A DNA stretch of 63,827 bases, counting the filler, from Octopus bimaculoides (lineage: Eukaryota): NCBI RefSeq assembly GCF_001194135.2. It is 6 parts of 5 records of this genome, joined end to end, with 100 filler letters (N's around TTAATTAATTAA, not from the genome) between each part and the next. Parts side by side here need not be neighbours in the genome. Positions count along the whole stretch, not along the records: positions 1 to 21,592 come from NC_068987.1; 5 more parts are not named here. One strand, given 5' to 3'. Positions within the stretch are counted from its first letter, which is position 1. Every line of letters begins with the position of its first letter. The notes under the pieces were generated by a model, which was not told the origin of the DNA, did no database searches, and worked only from the letters and a program-made list of their open reading frames with translations. Of this stretch, positions 1 through 11,185 are shown in pieces. The translations under genes and the position numbers were made by a program.

Positions 1-176
1 TTCGTCAGACCCTGGGAACCCTGTGTAACCCTATGAACCGGTCATAACTATCTTTACTAAATATATACATATAAATATATATATCAAAAACTTTAAATAA
101 GAGTTTTGACGCTAAATACATTTGGTAGATATCATTATATGAATACATATAAATATATATATATATATATATATGC

Positions 177-222
<46 letters not shown>

Positions 223-829
223 ATGCGTGCGTGTGTGTGCGCGTGCGTATGTGTGTGTGTGTTGGCGAAATTTTGTCGATATATTTGGCAGAATGTCACC
301 TATCGAATAAGTGCGGTTCGGTAACAGTACGAATTTACGTAATGTTATCTAGCATGTTATGTAATGAAGTTAACATTTGGGGAATAGACTGCGTTATTGA
401 AATACATTCACTGATATTTAAAAAAAACTGTCTATTCGTTTTTGTTATAGTTTCGCTTTCCTTGTGGAAGTTTATGATTGTATCTCGGTCTATAGCTATT
501 ATCTAATTTATAAATCTGAATTTATTTAGTCTAAAACAAAAAGAAAACACACTAAGATTTTATAATGATATTTAATTTTCATATCTTATCATATTTATTG
601 ATAGTTATTAAAGCGCGAAACTTTGGTTGCTTTAAGTTCGGGATACCCTGTATATATGTACACTTTTTTGATGGGGTACACGAGACGGTTTTAGATTCGA
701 AGAATACAGTATTTTTCAGAGTACAAAATGCACATTTTACCATAAAACTTAGTGTTAAAACATAGCTGTTTATAATTCTCTCTAAAAAAAAATTGAAAAA
801 TATATTATAGTAATGGATTTCAAGCCTAT

Positions 830-2480
830 CTAAACAAATATAAAATCGTTACAATGCTGTTGACCACTCAAAGCGCTTAATGCAGTTAGTGCTGGAAATC
901 GCCTAATCGGTTTTTCAATACTTATTGGCTACTCGACAGTTTGTACGTGCTTGCAGTCAAACTGGATGGCTAACCGAAAGCCGAAGTACTGTATTTAAGG
1001 ATAGGATGTAAAATAGCTTGTTTACTTACATGTCATTCTTTTTAAAAAATGTTCATGTCTAAAGCAAAGCGGCTGTCATACACAGTAAAATTCAAATTAT
1101 ATGTGATTAATTATGCAAAACAAACTCATACAAATAGAACTACTAAAAGATGTTTGGGTCCGCTAGCAACAGAAAAACAAAATGATTCGTTATCAACTCG
1201 ATCAAAAAGAAAAATAAATGCAGTTCCCAGTTGGGTGGAAATCAACATGGCAAGATCTCGAAAATAAACTATACAACTAAGTTGTAGATTAGAGGAAGTA
1301 GTATCTGTTTTCACAAATATGATTTTTATTTTTTTTAAGTAAAGATAATTGCATGTCATAACAGTTTAGAAGATTTTACTGTTGATACATCATGGTTTTA
1401 TCGGTTCATAAAAAGCAAAGGATTAGTTATCAGCTGCAACGAAAATTATTTAAAGAATACTGGATGAGTTTGACATGAAACAGCATTTTACAAGTATAAC
1501 ATAATTTCACAAGTTAAGAGATCATTTGAATCGTCTCAATTAACTACTATGAACAAAACTCCGTTTACATTTGCTGTTCAATCCAATAGAACAACTGATA
1601 CAAAAGGTACGAAAGCTATGTCTGTAATACTTACTGGACAAGTATGTTGTGCAGATGGAAGACAAATTACAAACACTGTTATTTAAAAAAAAAAAGACTA
1701 TAATTTACCCAATCTATATTCACCTACATGGAAAAGGATGGATGAAAGCGAAACACTTCTTTGATTTGAAAATATCTATTCGAAACGTCTCGGTAGTTTT
1801 TTAAAAAGCTTTCTCTCCTCCTCTGGGATTACTTTAGAGCTCATAAAACAGATGAAATAAAATAAAAGGCAAATGAGTTAAGGCACAATTACCGATTGTT
1901 ATAGCTGGTAGTTTAACAAATCATCTGCAACTTCTCGAAGTTTTTGTTATTTTCTACTCGAGGCACAAGGCCCTAAATTTGGGAGGAGGGAGCCAGTCGA
2001 TTAGATCGACCTCAGTGCGCAACTGATACTTAGTTTTTCGACCCCGAAAAGATGAAGGGCAATGTCGACCTCGTCGGAGTTTGAACTCAGAACGTAAAGA
2101 CAGACGAAATACCGCTAAGCATTTCGACCGACGTGCTAACGTTTGTGCCAACTCTCCGCCTTTTTTCGATGTTTTTAACAAACCCTTTCAGACTTTAGTG
2201 AAAAAGAAGAGGAACAGTTGGATGCGACAGGAAGATTTTGTAACAGCAACTACTGGAGGAATGAAAAGGCTGACGAAGATTCAGGTTTCCATGTGGATAA
2301 AGAAATCGGTGGAAAATAAGACATGATATAGTGATTAAATCATTTAAGATATGTGATATCAATAATGCAATGAACTGTGATCTAGAAAGACATCCTCGTT
2401 GATCATAATAGTGGATCCAATGACGAAATGGCTGATTCTTTTTCAAGCGAAATTGAAATCAATGCGGATGTTCAAGGTTC
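830..2480 (+). mobile_element. Degenerate pogo/Tigger-family (Tc1/mariner superfamily) DNA transposon relic, interrupted by a SINE
   Basis: ORF 1049-1267 KRLSYTVKFKLYVINYAK resembles the Brinker-type DNA-binding domain of POGK-like transposases. Broken frames read TMNKTPFTFAVQSNRTTDTKGTKA..CCADGR (about 1543-1670), KGWM (about 1733) and NSWMRQEDFVTATTGGMKRLTKIQVSMWIKK (2212-2305), following DDE_1 motif order. Many stops and frameshifts. Confidence 0.7.
1961..2162 (-). mobile_element. tRNA-derived SINE, family A (AAGGCGGCGAGCTGGCAGAA.. head)
   Basis: Reverse complement matches the recurring unit aaggcgg..gttagcac..aaatgcttagcggtatttcgtc..gttctgagttcaaa..cgaggtcgac..ggggtcga seen more than 10 times in the window. 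Confidence 0.85.
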
Positions 2481-2594
2481 TGAATTACACTAGAGTATAA
2501 TAGAAGACACTTGACCAAGGTGCCACGCAGTAGGGTTGAACACGAAATCTCGTGGTTGCAATGTGAGCTTTTAACCACATAATCATGCTGCACT

Positions 2595-2670
<76 letters not shown>
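2595..2670. repeat. (GATA)n microsatellite
   Basis: Near-perfect tetranucleotide run. Confidence 0.98.
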
Positions 2671-2671
2671 C

Positions 2672-4530
2672 AAAGCCCTCTTTACTAGCGTGCTAATCCG
2701 GTCTCTGAAAACCTGTCCCGACGGGAAAGACGCGTTTAGTTTTCAATAGCCGAGGCCCTGCCTATGTGTTTTATCTAAGTCTAGCATACATGTCACGAGT
2801 TTGTGATCCGTGTAGCTATGTGGTATTGTGGACACCCTATGCTATCATGCTATCTGTATCTACTCTCCTACACAGTACTCTATCTAGATATGATCTCGAC
2901 GACCCGATGCGGTTACTCCATGTCCACGTTGGCGCATTCGGGTGGTCGAGTTGGTACCTGTCGGACAGTTGAAAGCATCTGAGCAGGTCTCTGAGGCATT
3001 TGCATCCCCGTCTATTCCTATCTCTGCCCACCTAGTCTAAATGCGTGTCCAATGTAGCATTCCAATTCCCCACTAAAAGTAAAGGACGTTCCTGGGAATA
3101 CTTCTAGACGTCGAAAGAAATCCGGCCGACCTGTTAAAGGCGGTGCGTAGACTGATATGAGTCGAAAAGCACACCCATCGCTGCCGTCGACATCCAGGAC
3201 AACCAGTCTACTCTCCGGGTCTATGAATATTGTCTTTACTTCGAGATCCAGACTCTTTCAAAAGAGTACCCCCGTGCCACTACCACCCATTCTCGGCATA
3301 CAGGGAGAAAAATAAATGTTAAACTGTCTACCAAACATGGACGTTAGGGCCCGTGGATCATGGAGTCTGGTCTCACTTATGGATATGATTTCTAGTTCAC
3401 GTAACTTTATGTCGTTTAAGAGGTACCCTTGTTTCCAAGAGGACCCCAAGCCACGCGCATTCACACAACCAAACTTGATCATAATCTTGATGATGTATGT
3501 GTTTAAACACTAGCGATAGGAACAGAGAGTCACTGTTCGAAAGTTTTTGTGTCTCCTCCTTCGGTTTTTCCTCGAGGAGATCACTGTAAACTTTTTTTAT
3601 AGGAGTATTTCTGGCATCTTGCAACTGCCTTGGGTAAATAGATTTTAATGTGTGGTGCAGGGTTGGTGTGATGTGCAGTATTTTGATGTGTTCTGGCGGT
3701 GTTGTGTATGGGTGGTTGCTTATTTTTATGTCTTCGTGTGTTAAGTTTGTTTTTGTGTTGATGTATTCTATCAACTCTGTATTTTCCGTGATGATGGCAG
3801 TGAGCATTGTGTGTTTGTTTTGGGGGTGTTTTTGCTGGTGTTGGTGTTGTGTGTGCTAGTGTTGGTGTTCGGGGTGTTTTCGGGAGTTGTGTATCTCCCT
3901 GCTTTGTTGGTGTTTGCTTTTGTTCTTCTTTGCTCCTCTTCCTCCTTCCTTTACTGGCCATTTGCCATTCCACATTACTTTCGTCTTCCGACGAAAGTTC
4001 TGAGGAATCGGAAGGGATAAGCGCATGTTATAGGCATCTGTGTGTGTTTCTGTCAGTGGTTGTGTTGCTGTTTCCGTTGGTGTTGGTTGCTGGTTATTTG
4101 TGTGAGGTGTATGTGATATGGGGGAGGGGGAATCAGTCTTTGAATTTTCTTTCCTTTCTCCTGTTTCTTCACTTGTTGTTGTCTTCTCGGTTGTTGGTTT
4201 TGCTGGTATTTCTCTTGTGGTTTTTTGTGTTGAAGGCAGTGTGGGCAGCAACGTTTTTTTTCACAAGTTTTGGTAGTTGTTGTTGTTGTTCTTTTTGGTT
4301 CTTTACGGCAGTTCGGCAATCAATCCTTTTTGAGGTGTGCCTTGCTGTCGCATATATAACAGCGTGGCCGCCTGCCCTCCACCACTACATACAACATTTG
4401 TTCAGGTGATAAATGTATGTAGGTAGGTATTTTGTTTGTAGAGTCCTCATTAATATGGAACAGAATTTCCAGTGTCTTACCGACAAAAATACAGACAAAA
4501 ATACAGGAAAAAAGTCACCTAACTGCTACA
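2672..4530 (-). mobile_element. Tx1/L1-clade non-LTR retrotransposon fragment (ORF1 with CCHC knuckle plus ORF2 AP-endonuclease), decayed
   Basis: Minus strand reads IPTYIHLSPEQMLYVVVEGRRPRCYICDSKAHLKKD(C), a CX2CX4HX4C knuckle broken by a 4-bp GATT duplication. Then MIKFGCVNARGLGSSWKQGYLL..ISISETRL (3258-3482), LVGNWNATLD, TWTWSNRIGSSRSYLDRVL and GY*KLNAS, which are L1/Tx1 APE motifs. Confidence 0.9.
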
Positions 4531-4787
4531 ACAGCAACCTCAGCCACAACCACTAGCATCACAACTACCAACAACACCACTAATACAACCACAACTGTAG
4601 CAGTTAGGTGACTTTTTTTCCTGTATTTTTGTCTGTAAGACACTGGAAATTCTGTTCCATATTAATGAGGACTCTACAAACAAAATACCTACCTACATAC
4701 ATTTATCACCTGAACAAATGTTGTATGTAGTGGTGGAGGGCAGGCGGCCACGCTGTTATATATGCGACAGCGAGGCACACCTCAAAA
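4328..4787. repeat. Fold-back inverted duplication; arms 4328-4530 and 4596-4787, 65-nt ACA/ACC-rich spacer
   Basis: ttttgaggtgtgccttgctgtcgcatatataacagcg..aactgctaca is the reverse complement of tgtagcagtt..cgctgttatatatgcgacagcgaggcacacctcaaaa. Only one substitution, a 1-nt length difference in an A run and a 13-bp tandem duplication in the left arm were seen. Confidence 0.97.
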
Positions 4788-5071
4788 TTTTTGGGGCCAA
4801 TTAAACTTTTACTAGTATAGCGCCATGGATAATTCGATGTAATATACTTATTTTCTATTAAATATGTCACTTGGCCTTCACAAGACACTTTATTACTGTC
4901 AGAGGGTGACGGAAAGCAATCTGCATTACATTCTGTTTTATACATGCACAAATACATACATACAGACTGACAAACAGACAGACAGATACATATACAGATA
5001 GACAGACATGCAGACAGACAGAGAGACAGACAGGCAGGCAGACAGACAGACAGACAGACAGATATATAGAC

Positions 5072-5131
<60 letters not shown>

Positions 5132-6607
5132 GCGTTCAAAGCCGTGTAATTAGGAAGTTTATTGGCTCTTGTTTTTATACCGCGAAGCGGCGCCTTAAGC
5201 AGGTGTCTTCTCCTACAACCTCGGGTCTTATACTGTCTATATATTTCAATAATTTTATCTGAAAGTGAAGCTGAAGCGAAACTGATGTTATATACTTTGA
5301 CTAAGTGTCTAAGCGTAGAAGCTACTAATTATTTCTTCCATTCTGTCATTTCCATCATTTCAGTTATGTGAGATTGGAATCGCTTTGTAATTTAGAAAAT
5401 TCGAAGCCATTCGTATACTGTCTTAGATGCTATTTATAGGAAAAATTATGGTTAAGTGGAGGAATGCAAATGTAATTCTTCAACTATGAAAATTCTGAAG
5501 TTATATCAATTATGCGGTAATCAAAAATATTATTTGTTTGATGAGAAATATAGAATCCACCTTCCGGGATACAACTCTGAAATTATTGGGCCTTTTATAT
5601 GCATAAAGTTGGAATCGACACCAGATTACAAATACTGTATTTGAAGAGCTTATGACTATAAAGTGTAATTATTAAGAAATTTTCTCTTTCCAGAATATTA
5701 GATCTAGCTTGCTCCTTGAATTCTAAGAAACCAAGAAAGAATATTGCGAGTAAAAGATTTCAAATCTAAAATAATTCTTTCTAATCTTATCACAAGTTCA
5801 ATAATTTTGAATGGAGGAGAAAGTCGATTACATTGACCTCAGTACTCAACTGGTGCCTCCTTTATCGACCCCGAATTTTATGAACGGCAAATTTGACCTC
5901 GGTGGCATTTCAACCTAAAACTTAAGTAACTGAAATAAATTCCGCTAAACGCTTCGTCCGGTGCAACAGCGATTCATCTAGCTCGCTGCCTTTTTCCAAT
6001 CTAAATTTATGACACATGAATTGATTAAAGTGAAACTGCTCGGCATAAGCTTGAAATGGCATCTCATATTCGATGTTCATAAAGTTAGCCCCACTGTAAC
6101 CGTTCACATAATTAGGAGTATAAGAGATGCTTTTGTTGTGATATTACGATAGTTACCACCCCAAATATCCTCAAGACGCGGCAAAGGTTGACCAAATCAA
6201 CCTCAGTACTTTTGTGCAACATAATTTTATCGTCCCTACAAGTTTGAAAGGCAAATCAACATCACGCATTGCATTATATTTACAATGTATGTTAAAAATC
6301 TGTCGGCTCTGCCATCCACTGTCCAGTGGTGGAATAATGAAATCTAATTTTGAAACAAGGTTTAGTCGAGAACTACTTCAGTTTATCACTGCTACTTATT
6401 TCATTGACCCTGGAAGGATGAAAGGCATATCTCATGACGGCTGTATTCAAAATTAGAACAGAATGTAACGCAGATTGCTTTCCGTCACCCTCTGACAGTA
6501 ATAAAGTGTCTTGTGAAGGCCAAGTGACATATTTAATAGAAAATAAGTATATTACATCGAATTTACCACGGCGCTATTCTAGTAAAAGTTTAATTGACCC
6601 CAAAAAT
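4787..6607. mobile_element. About 1.8-kb non-autonomous element bounded by about 154-bp inverted repeats (4787-4940 and 6454-6607)
   Basis: atttttggggccaattaaacttttactag..cattacattctgtttta against the reverse complement of tagaacagaatgtaacgc..aaaagtttaattgaccccaaaaat shows about 7 mismatches by eye. No internal transposase ORF and no clean TSD. Confidence 0.75.
4963..5131. repeat. Compound (GACA)n/(GATA)n microsatellite
   Basis: Direct inspection. Confidence 0.95.
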
Positions 6608-6872
6608 AATGAAGGAGGAACCGAAACAGAAGAGAATTGATCCCAATACCCAGGAAAATTACGCTAAATACGGTAAGACATTTCGGTATTTAGACATTTC
6701 AACACAAATATAAAAATATGAAACTATGCAGGTGAAATTTTATGTAGTGAAAGATGGTGCTATAGAAATGAATATCTGTGTGTGTGTGTGTGTGTGTGTG
6801 TGNNNNNNNNNNACAAAAATCTACACACATTCACATACGCTTGCACATAAACATGCATACAATTATATCTTT

Positions 6873-6935
<63 letters not shown>

Positions 6936-7649
6936 ATGAATTTAATGATCATATTTCGAGGTGAACGTATTCGAAATTCAATTTATTATATTCATTTATA
7001 AACCAGTCTAATTCCGTGCATTCTGTTCAGAATGTGAGATATTTAAGGCTAAAATCTAATCGTAGCAATTTAGAGATGCACAAGAGAAAATCAAACGATT
7101 CAATAATGACCCCCCGAACGAGGAGACTTTTATGTTCGAAATCAATTATTTCTTGTTATAAGCCTCGCCAAACACATCGTAATTATTCAATTAATATTCG
7201 AGGTAATTTAATAGAAATTTTATGAAGTAATCAAGAAGGTCTGTATAACGAGAAATACTTTCACGAACAGTGTTGCATTCTATTATGATCTGATGTGTAT
7301 GTAGCAATATTGTTGAGAATACAAGAAGATATTCCAGTTTCGAAAATATCTCCTCCCCGCCGGCTGGTGTCGGTCGTTGTTAGAAAATATTCGTGTATAT
7401 GTTAATTGAAAGATGACCGACTAGATAATGTATTGCATTAGAACGACTACAGTACAGAGACACACACATATACACAGATACACACACTCGTATATATTAT
7501 ACAGATATGCTTTTACATATATATATATATAAGGTATCCCAAAAGTCACTATACACTTTCTATTTCCTATTTCGTTTCAGGTATCATTCGGAGAGACGTG
7601 ACGCCATCAGCATTTGACACCTTAGACTTTGCAGTTTTTGTAAGTGTAT

Positions 7650-8025
7650 CATTCCCTAGCCCATGGCACACCATACCACCAGCTTCAGAGAGTCTCTTTC
7701 ATGTTCGAGAATTTCTGCTGGTTTTGATTTTCCCTAAATTTGACTATTGTGTGGGTTTACCCACCAGAGAGATGAAAGATAGACTCATCGCTGAACCAAT
7801 AGTTTTCCAAGAACTGAGAGTCGTTTTAGTAATGGTGGAGGAATGATTCACACATTTCCACACGAGCATCAAAATCTTCCGCTTGAAGAACAACCTGAAG
7901 TCGGTATGGGTAGAGCTTTATCACTCTCCGAAGCATCGGCTGAATCGAACTTTGTTAATGCTTCCAGTGCAGTCCTCCGGAGGGACTTCCTCTGGCTTTT
8001 TGCGAACACCTGCTTCAGAAGTTCG
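7650..8025 (-). mobile_element. Tc1/mariner-superfamily transposase fragment (DDD/E catalytic N-half), decayed
   Basis: Minus strand frames read ELLKQVFAKSQRKSLRRTALEAL, NYWFSDESIFHLSG (first catalytic Asp) and NPHNSQI*GKSKPAEILEHERDSLKLVVWCAMG. Confidence 0.8.
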
Positions 8026-8042
8026 ATGTTTGTCCCCCTCCA

Positions 8043-8230
8043 TCATTTGACAACCAGTGTTGGTGCGCTTACGTTCCCATAATTTAGCGGTTCGGCGAAA
8101 GAGACCGATAAGATAAGCGCCAGGTTTAAAAAGAAAATAAGTACTAGGGTCAATAATTCGACTAAAATTCTTCAAGGCGGTGCCCCAGCGTGACCGCAAT
8201 CTAGTGACTGAACCAAGTAAAAGATACAAG
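8043..8230 (+). mobile_element. SINE family B, 3' half
   Basis: tttgacaaccagtgttggtg..ttagcggttcggcgaaagagaccga..ggcggtgccccagc..gactgaaccaagtaaaaga matches the family B tail. Confidence 0.8.
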
Positions 8231-8564
8231 ATATGCATAAATATATCATATATGTGTTTATGTAAGGAGGATAGAGAGAGATACTGAGAGAAACATATAG
8301 GTATGTATGTACATGTATATATACATTGACATATATAGGTAGATTGTAGACATAAGAACCAAAGAATTACATTTTAATTTATCTAAGCGAGATATCTAAT
8401 CTGTCAAAGTGCACGACGACTCAGGTAGCAGTAGTCATTGCTATGACCATATGTGTATGTAACTTGAATAATCGGATAAATTGAACCTTCAGTGTACAAC
8501 ATAAACCAAAATATGGAATATTTAAAAGTGACACGAAATATCAAAATGTTTCGGCAATTATTTA

Positions 8565-9410
8565 TAAGGTGTATTTCAGAAAGTTTGAAACATTTTCAAG
8601 GGAGACATTTATTAATTTCAAAGAAGTACAAAACTTTAATCTCCTTCAAAGTAGGATCCTCTGACTTTAATGCCCTTGTTGTAGAGCTCCAGCCCCTTTG
8701 TGAAGGTCCCATGGAAGTCCGTCAAAGTGAAGGTGTCCACGACCCTTCTCACAGACGCCTTTATCTTCTCAATATTTTCAAATGGCAACTCCTGAGTTTT
8801 TCTTTCAACTTGGGAAGCAATCAAAATCACAGGGTACAAGGCCAGGATTGTAGGGAGAATGAGGGACAATTTTGATACCCATCTCTATCAATTACTTGGT
8901 TAACATGGAGGAACTGTGGCTTTGTGCATTGTCTTCGTGCAGGTACCACTGACCTGAGTAGTATAGCACTGGGCTTTTGTGACGATGTCTCTTCCTGAAC
9001 TGTCTCAAAACCTGCACAAAGTAGAGAGGAAATACACTTGATGTACGTGATGCTTTGCTGTCGAAAAAAAAGGATCATCATGAGCTTCAATGCTTTACCT
9101 AGTCTTCTTAGGTCTTGAGAATCCAGGGGGCTTCCAATGAGCATTCAGTCTCTTGAGCTTTGAGTCATAACAGTAGATCCAGCTTTCGTCAGAAGTTACC
9201 AGAGACCAAAGTACATTTGGATTATAGGTAACAAGCTCAACTATCTCCCTACAGTGACCAACGCATTTTTCCTCTATTCGTCACTGAGCCCTCTGGGAAA
9301 AAATTATACGCATGTTCAGATCTTCATGAATAATTCTATCTACAATTGCTACACCAACTTCAAACTATACGCTTATCGTTTTTTTTTTTTACGACATGCT
9401 TATTGCTTTT
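8565..9410 (-). mobile_element. Mariner (DD34D-type) transposase relic with 3' TIR-like end
   Basis: Minus strand reads WIYCYDSKLKR..WKPPGFSRPKK, DNAQSHSS..MGIKIVPHSPYNPGLVPCDF (YSPDLAPCD motif) and ENIEKIKASVRRVVDTFTLTDFHGTFTKGLELYNKGIKVRGSYFEGD*. TA followed by taaggtgtatttcagaaagt at 8563-8584 resembles a mariner TIR. Confidence 0.88.
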
Positions 9411-9547
9411 ATAGACCAGCTCAGATGTTTTGACGTCCCTCTTCCTTTCACATCTTATATAGTTTCTTACCTCTCTTTACCACCCTTGAACCTCTTGTGC
9501 AAAAATATATGCTCAGTTCATGCAAGTTAATTCATAAGCAGTTCAGT

Positions 9548-9909
9548 CCAGGGTTCAGTCCCACTGTGTGGCATCTTGGGCAAGTGTCTTCTACTATAGC
9601 CTCGGGCCGACCAAAGCCTTGTGAGTGGATTTGGTAGACGGAAACTGAAAGAAGCCTGTCGTATATATGTATATATATATATATGTATGTGTGTATGTGT
9701 TTGTATGTTTGTGTTTGTCCTTCCAACATCGCTTGACAACCGATGCTGGTGTGTTTATGTCCCCGTAACTTAGCGGTTCGGCAAAAGACACCGATAGAAT
9801 AAATACTAGGCTTCCAAAGAATAAGTCCTGGGGTTGATTTGCTCGACTAAAGGCGGTGCTCCAGCATGGCCACAGTCAAAAGACTGAAACAAGTAAAAGA
9901 GTAAAAGAG
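9548..9909 (+). mobile_element. SINE family B (5'-truncated)
   Basis: gggttcagtcccactg (B-box region), cttgggcaagtgtcttctactatagcctcgggccgaccaaagcc, internal (TA/TG)n, and an (AGTAAAAG)n tail. Confidence 0.9.
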
Positions 9910-10058
9910 TATTCATTTACATATTTTGGGCATATATGGCTGTTTTGCAATGAAGCAACCGTGCGTGTGTGCGCGCGGGCGGGCGAGCGTGTGTATGTGC
10001 GTGTGAGTGTATGTAGATATTTAAACATGGGAATAATTGCATTATTGCGGATACTTAC

Positions 10059-10117
10059 GTGAGATTCGTGACATGACAGAGTTTTCTGGAATTGATAGGA
10101 GTCAGTCGGTATAAAAT
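10059..10117 (-). other. Candidate isolated 59-nt exon (unknown gene or lncRNA)
   Basis: Minus strand shows pyrimidine-rich ..gatttgctgtttcag|ATTTTATACC..ATCTCAC|gtaagt. Two open frames; peptide (D)FIPTDSYQFQKTLSCHESH not recognised. Confidence 0.25.
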
Positions 10118-10404
10118 CTGAAACAGCAAATCATAGATGAAATGAGATGACATCATATTTTTTTAAGTCACAATGTTCTTGTCGACTAGTCGATGTTATG
10201 ATACTAAATTTGAGCATGTGTAGGTTGATATCTACAGAAAACTTATCCGAAAGGAGAATTCGAGAGTGGGATTCTTTCCGCAAGAACTGAGTAAAGAGAT
10301 TGTGCAAGTTTTCACTAGGAAAATATCAATGCGGAACATAGATGTATCTCATATTACAGTTTGCGTATGGATGTCGCTATATTATATGATTATAAGTGTG
10401 AATG

Positions 10405-11010
10405 TTGTCTACCCTCACCTTGAATACTGTTGTCTGCTATGGTCTCCCTACACGAGCCAGAATATTAAAAATCTTGAAGCACCAAAGAGATCAATTACAA
10501 AAGAAATTAATGGCATGTCTGGTCTTAATTACTGGGATCGACTCGGGAATCTCAAACTGTATTCTTTCCAGCACCGCCGAGAGCGCTTTATTATTTGTAT
10601 CATGTGGAAATTGTTCCGACAGTATTGCCCGTATGATATCGGTATCACTTTTAAAAATCCACCCAAGGCTTGGTCCCCGTCCCATGCATCCTCTACAGAA
10701 ATCATGCACTAAGACAGAACTACTTCTCCCCAACTGGACCTGCTCTTTTAACATCATTCCAAATTATAAAAAGGAGGAAAAAGATTTCATAACCTTCAAA
10801 AAGGTCATGGATGAATATCTCCAACAAATCCTAGATAAACCACCTACACCCGGATATACTGCTGAAAACAACAACTCTTTAATCGAATGGGCAAGGTGCC
10901 TAGAAATAACTGTACAAAAATACATTATTAAATGTATTTTCCAGGTGGAGCTATTAAGTTAGCTATGGCCAGGGCCAATGTGGCCGAAACCTATCTAAGT
11001 ATCTAAGTAT
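10405..11010 (+). mobile_element. CR1/L2-group LINE 3' end (RT C-terminus plus 3' UTR with TATCTAAG tandem tail)
   Basis: PHLEYCCLLWSPY..LEAPKRSITKEINGMSGLNYWDRLGNLKLYSFQHRRERF, then FNIIP..FKKVMDEYLQQILDKPPTPGY..NNSL; ends with cctatctaagtatctaagta. Confidence 0.8.
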
Positions 11011-11032
11011 ATATATATATATATATATATAC

Positions 11033-11180
11033 AAAGGCGGGCGAAATGCTTACCGGTATTTCGTCTGCCATTACGTTCTGTGTTCAAATTCCGCCGAGGT
11101 CGGCTTTATCTTTCATCCTTTCAGGATCGATTAAATAAGTACCAGTTATGCACTGGAGTCGATGTAATCGACTTTATCCC
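11033..11180 (+). mobile_element. SINE family A (internally deleted head)
   Basis: aaaggcgggcgaaatgcttaccggtatttcgtc..ttcaaattccgccgaggtcggc..ctggagtcgatgtaatcgact. Confidence 0.85.
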
Positions 11181-11185
11181 TTTGT

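Noticed and set aside
106-506. ORFs rich in YI/CV/HT/SIYL/poly-I/L/N/M (also at 16355-17004, 39752-40249, 43702-43960, 61258-62033 and others)
   Set aside because: Translations of microsatellites or N-runs.
3807-4409. 200-aa hydrophobic + strand ORF resembling a membrane protein
   Set aside because: Antisense of the A/C-rich LINE ORF1; compositional artefact.
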